Below are positions 60,801-64,000 of a DNA stretch of 64,000 nt, one piece after another. The position numbers were made by a program, and so were the translations under genes. Source of the DNA: a candidate division WOR-3 bacterium (GTDB lineage: Bacteria > Hydrothermota > Tepidihabitantia > B3-TA06); NCBI GenBank assembly GCA_965649265.1, contig CBFGKC010000001.1, positions 306,931 to 370,930 of the forward strand. The letters are read 5' to 3'. How positions within the stretch are numbered: the first letter of the stretch is position 1; the number at the start of each line of letters is the position of its first letter. The notes beneath the pieces were generated by a model. It did not search any database. It saw nothing but the letters and a program-made list of their open reading frames with translations, and was not told the DNA's origin.

Positions 60801-60963
60801 GTGGGCTCCATTGGGCGTAGCCGTCATCGGTGGACTCACCTTCTCTACCATGGTCACCCTGATTCTGATCCCCGTCGTTTACAGCGCATTTGAACAAAGG
60901 GCCGAGCGCCGGAGACTAAAGAAAGAAGCCAAGCTTGCTGCTGAAGAAGGAGATTCAAAATGA
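57850..60963 (+). CDS. AcrB/AcrD/AcrF-family RND permease
   Basis: LPVDFLPD, GMVVDNGIVVLENI, GVVVNNAIVLV, RRLRPVLMTTLTT. Confidence 0.95.
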   Translation: MTRIAIRRAVLTAVVFVVILIFGGISLSRLPVDFLPDVTLPTITVITPYIGASAEDVEKNVSEPLEEAFSNVPDIKEVRSTSQEGVSSVFVTFEFGKNLDEASNEMRDRIDLVKSGFPDGVEDPILFKFSTSQIPVMEYAVTSSDPRTDLAQLLDNKLVNDLKRASGVGNVSAMHGASKREVTVTFDRSKFEQSGLTIDGIAGSLAASNVNFPVGEVKRGNTNLTLRVPAEFKTVKEISEIPVGFSGTQLIRLGDIADVREDIHKSKVAMRANGIEGSFIIIQKRAGANTVQTAKNVEKIIKDIEKTYPELKFTLVFNSANIITTSINNLLQTLLIAFIFVVIVSFLLLGNASAGWITSVTIPVSLIAAFIYYNLAGESLNIVTLSALAITIGMVVDNGIVVLENIFRLRERGREPYAAAEFGTSEVAGAVLASTLTTVVIFIPFLMVKGFIGVYFRGMSIAIPVILFASLFTAVTLTPMLASRFLKMNKPVTKQGKTPVFQWIPKGLDALERWYRGILGWSLSHRLAVVLIAVGLFAGGLVLFRFIPTSFIGGGASPFIQGNITMPAGTSFEITDSITSYVEKEVRKVPEVKDVMVMGGNYSGQMMDEVGSESQTQVFVTIKDDAKRDAYAVARDINSRLRDLSGVKKLYFAARGGGPTGGSKDITIEVYGYDIPTTDSLAKYIADNLERTAGFEGVEISRESGRPELWLEINRERAYAVGLTPAQVGLFLRNVTLGKVATEFTSEGDKLEVVLRFSGSEDWTEMDFESMMVPTPMGGAVPLANLVQFVPHQGPLSIERKEGERLVKVDANLFKEKRSLGQATGYIRDTLFKRIDFPYGTRAAISGQAQDQQESFQSLFFALIIGIVLVFLVMAAQFESFREPFIILFSIPFAFTGVALSLFIGRSTLGIMAFVGMILLVGVVVNNAIVLVEYINLLRRRNIPLREAVIDAGRRRLRPVLMTTLTTVFGLVPLAFIPTKGSEMWAPLGVAVIGGLTFSTMVTLILIPVVYSAFEQRAERRRLKKEAKLAAEEGDSK

Positions 60964-61259
60964 AAGAGTCATACAAACTCCTTTCGATAGCCTTCGACAC
61001 ATCACGCGAGCATGAGGTTCTCGTGGCAATGAAGAAGGCAGGCGTGCACAATTACATCAAGCACGAAAAACTCACGGGAAGCGTCGGCTCCTGCCGTCTT
61101 GAGGACGATCACGTCTGGCCCGGAACGTTTACCCGTTACATGGTTGAGGTTACGCTAAAGGAGTTCAAGCTCCTGAAACCATTGCTCGAAGAACTCTCCT
61201 CGCGCTACTGCGAGGACGGTTTTCGCGTATTAGTAATTCCAGTGGAGGAAATAATATGA
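60960..61259 (+). CDS. PII-like transporter-associated protein (PG0541-like)
   Basis: About 100 aa; G..G......HVWPG; ends IPVEEII; ATGA-coupled to the RND gene. Confidence 0.75.
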   Translation: MKESYKLLSIAFDTSREHEVLVAMKKAGVHNYIKHEKLTGSVGSCRLEDDHVWPGTFTRYMVEVTLKEFKLLKPLLEELSSRYCEDGFRVLVIPVEEII

Positions 61260-61879
61260 AGAACAAAACACTCCTTACATCTATCGCCGTTCTCCTAATG
61301 CTTTACGCATCTCCTCTTTTTGCTCTTTCTCTGAGAGTGGGGGGGGGAGGAGGCACGCTCTGGACTTTCGGGAAAGAGATAGATACATCAAGGCCGGGTT
61401 ACGCATTCAAAGGCGTGCTCGAGGCCGAGTTGTGGAAGGGTTTCTCGTACGGCTTTCGATACTCCTACTCTGAAGCGCCAGCTACGGTCCAGGACTCTCT
61501 GGATGTCACATTTAGGCACCAGAGCTTTCAACTTACGAATACCTGGTCGCCGGGCTGGCGATGGGTTGATCCATACCTGCGCGGTGCAGCGGGAATCAAC
61601 GTGTGGCAGGAGCGCTCAGGCGACACTCTGGTAAAATCGATAATCATCAACTCCTCGACTCACGACACGACCACGAATGAGGTAAAGGGTGTAAACTTCG
61701 GCATCGGCCTGGGCGGCGGTATCGAAATATCCCCCTTCGACTTCGTTGGCCTGCGGCTGGGTGCAGACTACGACCTTATATTCTCGGAAGACAAGGAGAA
61801 ATTCGGTTCCAACGACGCTAACGAAAATCTTTTACGTGTTGGCGGAGAGCTCGTTTTCCGCATACCACTGGTTCCATAA
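61256..61879 (+). CDS. Outer-membrane beta-barrel protein
   Basis: Signal peptide; PYLRGAAG; FGIGLGGGIE; alternating strands. Confidence 0.8.
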   Translation: MKNKTLLTSIAVLLMLYASPLFALSLRVGGGGGTLWTFGKEIDTSRPGYAFKGVLEAELWKGFSYGFRYSYSEAPATVQDSLDVTFRHQSFQLTNTWSPGWRWVDPYLRGAAGINVWQERSGDTLVKSIIINSSTHDTTTNEVKGVNFGIGLGGGIEISPFDFVGLRLGADYDLIFSEDKEKFGSNDANENLLRVGGELVFRIPLVP

Positions 61880-61911
61880 AAAACGCTCCGTGATTCTTTA
61901 TGGAGAACCCC
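61873..61911 (+). repeat. REP-like hairpin, copy 4 (overlaps stop codon)
   Basis: TCCATAAAAAA...TTCTTTATGGA-GAACCCC; similar to 15959-15998. Confidence 0.55.
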
Positions 61912-61996
61912 AAAGGATCGCAGATATTGAAGGCCGGCTTGCAGCCGGCCTCTTCATTATTTGACAGCTCTCAGTCAAAGGGTATAATCACTTGCT

Positions 61997-63412
61997 GTGA
62001 ACCCAGTCCCTTTCCTTACCCCTTTCCTTTTTCTGGTTTCAAGTTTAGTTTCTTCAATCAAAGAAACTCCTGATACTATCACGCGCCGGGTAGAAGTCTT
62101 TCCGGACGGCTGGGTGTTCAAGCTGCCGCTTCTCGACTACCCTGCGAACTTCGCGAACGGCTACTCGCCGCCCTCCATGGACCAATCACTGTATTTGAGC
62201 AAAGGCTTTACACAGAGTGCGCACTGGGGAATCGGAGCAGGTATGCAGGCGTTATGGAAGAAACCGCTTCAAAATCCCACCCGGTGGAAACTTTTTTTTG
62301 CGCGCTTGACCACCGTTTCCGCAATAGTGGGTTTCGACATGCTTTACAACTACATCCCTCCCGGATACGCCTGGCTCCACGAGGAGTTCCACAGGGCGGT
62401 CATGACCAACCGTGGAATATCGAGTTTCAACGACGTTTACAATTTCAAGCTCTTTGCGTCCTCTATCGCCGTTAGCCACGTCGCAGATTCCGATCTCGTC
62501 CGGCTCAAGCGTGACTACCCCGCGGATATGGTCAGGCTTCCTGAGGCAGGTATTGAGGCCGAGCACCTGCTGGTCACTGAAATGCAGCGGGACTGCTTCT
62601 TTACCGGGAAACCTCCTCTATATGACATCCCCGGTTGGTGGTTCAGCACCCTCAACTCAATTCTCTACGTGCGGATTTGCTCGAGGCCGGTCGCCGACAC
62701 GTTGACCGACGAGTCCAATCTAGTTGACGGCTCGGACATCCCCAAAAGAGATTTCACCGGGCTCGATTTCACCGCATGGGTATACGATCTCTACCGGCCA
62801 GATGAGCCTTACTCTCAAAGAGGCATTCATCCTTCCGGCGTGGGTATAGATCGCTACATCCGCTACTCCGATCTCACTTCTGAAGAACTCCGGTTCCTCG
62901 CGCTCAACGGCAGCCTTGCCTTCCTCAATCTCGCCTCGCCACTCATGTTCGGTTTTACCGGGTTCAAGGCAACAGATCCCTTTACAAAAGAGGTTCTGTC
63001 ATGGAACGTTTCAGCAGGGCACGACCTTACTTCGTTCGGCTATACTCTGGATGCGAACGTTCTCCTGAAGGAGGGGCACTTCAACTGGATACTGGTCTTC
63101 CACAATTACGTGAGTCCGACGCGCTACTTCCCCGGGATAGAGGTCGGTCTATACCGTTTCCCCTTATCCGCAGGAATGCTCACGATGCACATAAGTCCAC
63201 GCGTTCTCATCTGGGCCCAGCCAGAGAATCAGAGATTCGACGATCAAGAAGCCTCACCCGGGGGAATGCTCTTGCTTGAAGCATCACTTTCTCTGGGGCA
63301 TCATGTCGAATTGTTCCTTACAACTTCTGCAAAAAGCAGGGGGTGGGTCGCCGGAAGCGTGCATCTGGACGAAGCCGTGGATGCAAGCATCGGCATAAGT
63401 CTAAAGCCCTAG
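61997..63412 (+). CDS. Hypothetical envelope protein with HExxH motif and beta-rich C-terminus
   Basis: 471-aa ORF; WLHEEFH; promoter TTGACA-16-TATAAT at 61961-61988. Confidence 0.7.
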   Translation: MNPVPFLTPFLFLVSSLVSSIKETPDTITRRVEVFPDGWVFKLPLLDYPANFANGYSPPSMDQSLYLSKGFTQSAHWGIGAGMQALWKKPLQNPTRWKLFFARLTTVSAIVGFDMLYNYIPPGYAWLHEEFHRAVMTNRGISSFNDVYNFKLFASSIAVSHVADSDLVRLKRDYPADMVRLPEAGIEAEHLLVTEMQRDCFFTGKPPLYDIPGWWFSTLNSILYVRICSRPVADTLTDESNLVDGSDIPKRDFTGLDFTAWVYDLYRPDEPYSQRGIHPSGVGIDRYIRYSDLTSEELRFLALNGSLAFLNLASPLMFGFTGFKATDPFTKEVLSWNVSAGHDLTSFGYTLDANVLLKEGHFNWILVFHNYVSPTRYFPGIEVGLYRFPLSAGMLTMHISPRVLIWAQPENQRFDDQEASPGGMLLLEASLSLGHHVELFLTTSAKSRGWVAGSVHLDEAVDASIGISLKP

Positions 63413-63560
63413 TGGCTTTTTTAGGTGTTGTGCGGAAAAAAGCCGACTTTTCTGAAATCGGGACTGAGTTACGTACGAGAACGCGCTGGATTCGAGAAGT
63501 CTGTCGAACAAATATTTGATTGATTGACTCGCCGTAACACACAAGGTATAATCACCCCAA

Positions 63561-64000
63561 ATGGTAAAGATTCATTTAAACCACAATGTGGTCCGCGAGG
63601 TTCGCGAGGGAACAAAAGTCGCGGAGCTTGTGCCTTCCGGGCAGCCCATAATCGCGGCAAGGCTGGATGAACGCCTCGTGGGTCTCAATACCACTATAGA
63701 TGAGGACTCGCGAATTGAATTCGTTCTTGCGACCGACCCTGAGGGGCTCCGGGTTCATTACGAAAGTCTTATCTTTCTCATGACAATGGCCGCCAAGCGC
63801 GCATATCCTGGTGCCCGACTCGTTATTGAACACTCGACCTCAAAAGGTTTTTACTGCACGTTGAGGATGCAGCGGCCAATCGAAAAGCGGGACGTTGAAC
63901 TTCTTGAGGCCGAAATGCTGGGGCTCGTTGCAGACGACCTACCTATTACACTTACGGAAGCCTCCTGTGACGAATTGCCCGAAGTATGTAAGGAGAATGA
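63561..64000 (+). CDS. ThrRS-N-like domain nucleoside (uridine) kinase, 3' truncated by window
   Basis: Manual translation MVKIHLN...IIAARLD...DPEGLRVHYESLIFLM...IEHSTSKGFYC, open to the window end. Confidence 0.75.
   Translation, partial: MVKIHLNHNVVREVREGTKVAELVPSGQPIIAARLDERLVGLNTTIDEDSRIEFVLATDPEGLRVHYESLIFLMTMAAKRAYPGARLVIEHSTSKGFYCTLRMQRPIEKRDVELLEAEMLGLVADDLPITLTEASCDELPEVCKEN

Overview
64-kb chromosomal segment of a diderm bacterium, probably an uncultured FCB-related lineage such as WOR-3/TA06. That taxonomy is inferred from the T9SS-type C-terminal domains, a PorV homologue, LptFG and an archaeal-type FBP aldolase/phosphatase. All family calls come from motif recognition, not database searches. 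The backbone holds a TonB receptor/large secreted protein/PorV trio, a TolC-MacAB exporter, an MBL-xerD-zincin operon, a HAMP adenylate cyclase, lptFG, a polysaccharide locus with a glycerol-1-phosphate dehydrogenase-like cassette, trmO, fbp-accD, a TetR-TolC-MFP-RND efflux operon and three tRNAs (Leu-GAG, Gly-CCC, Gln-CTG). The most interesting region is 39.0-43.4 kb. It has a spanin-like gene coupled to an L,D-transpeptidase-fold/peptidoglycan-binding protein, followed by partner A, an orphan duplicate C-terminus and partner B, each partner with its own conserved promoter. This resembles a polymorphic toxin/immunity array and lies next to four tandem lipoprotein paralogues. Other notable signals: an exact 42-bp promoter-containing direct repeat bracketing a lower-GC gingipain-like gene, a dispersed REP-like hairpin family, many apparently leaderless genes, a strong bias toward 16-bp promoter spacers, and a frameshifted BNR-repeat gene. 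No CRISPR array, rRNA, transposase or reverse transcriptase was seen.
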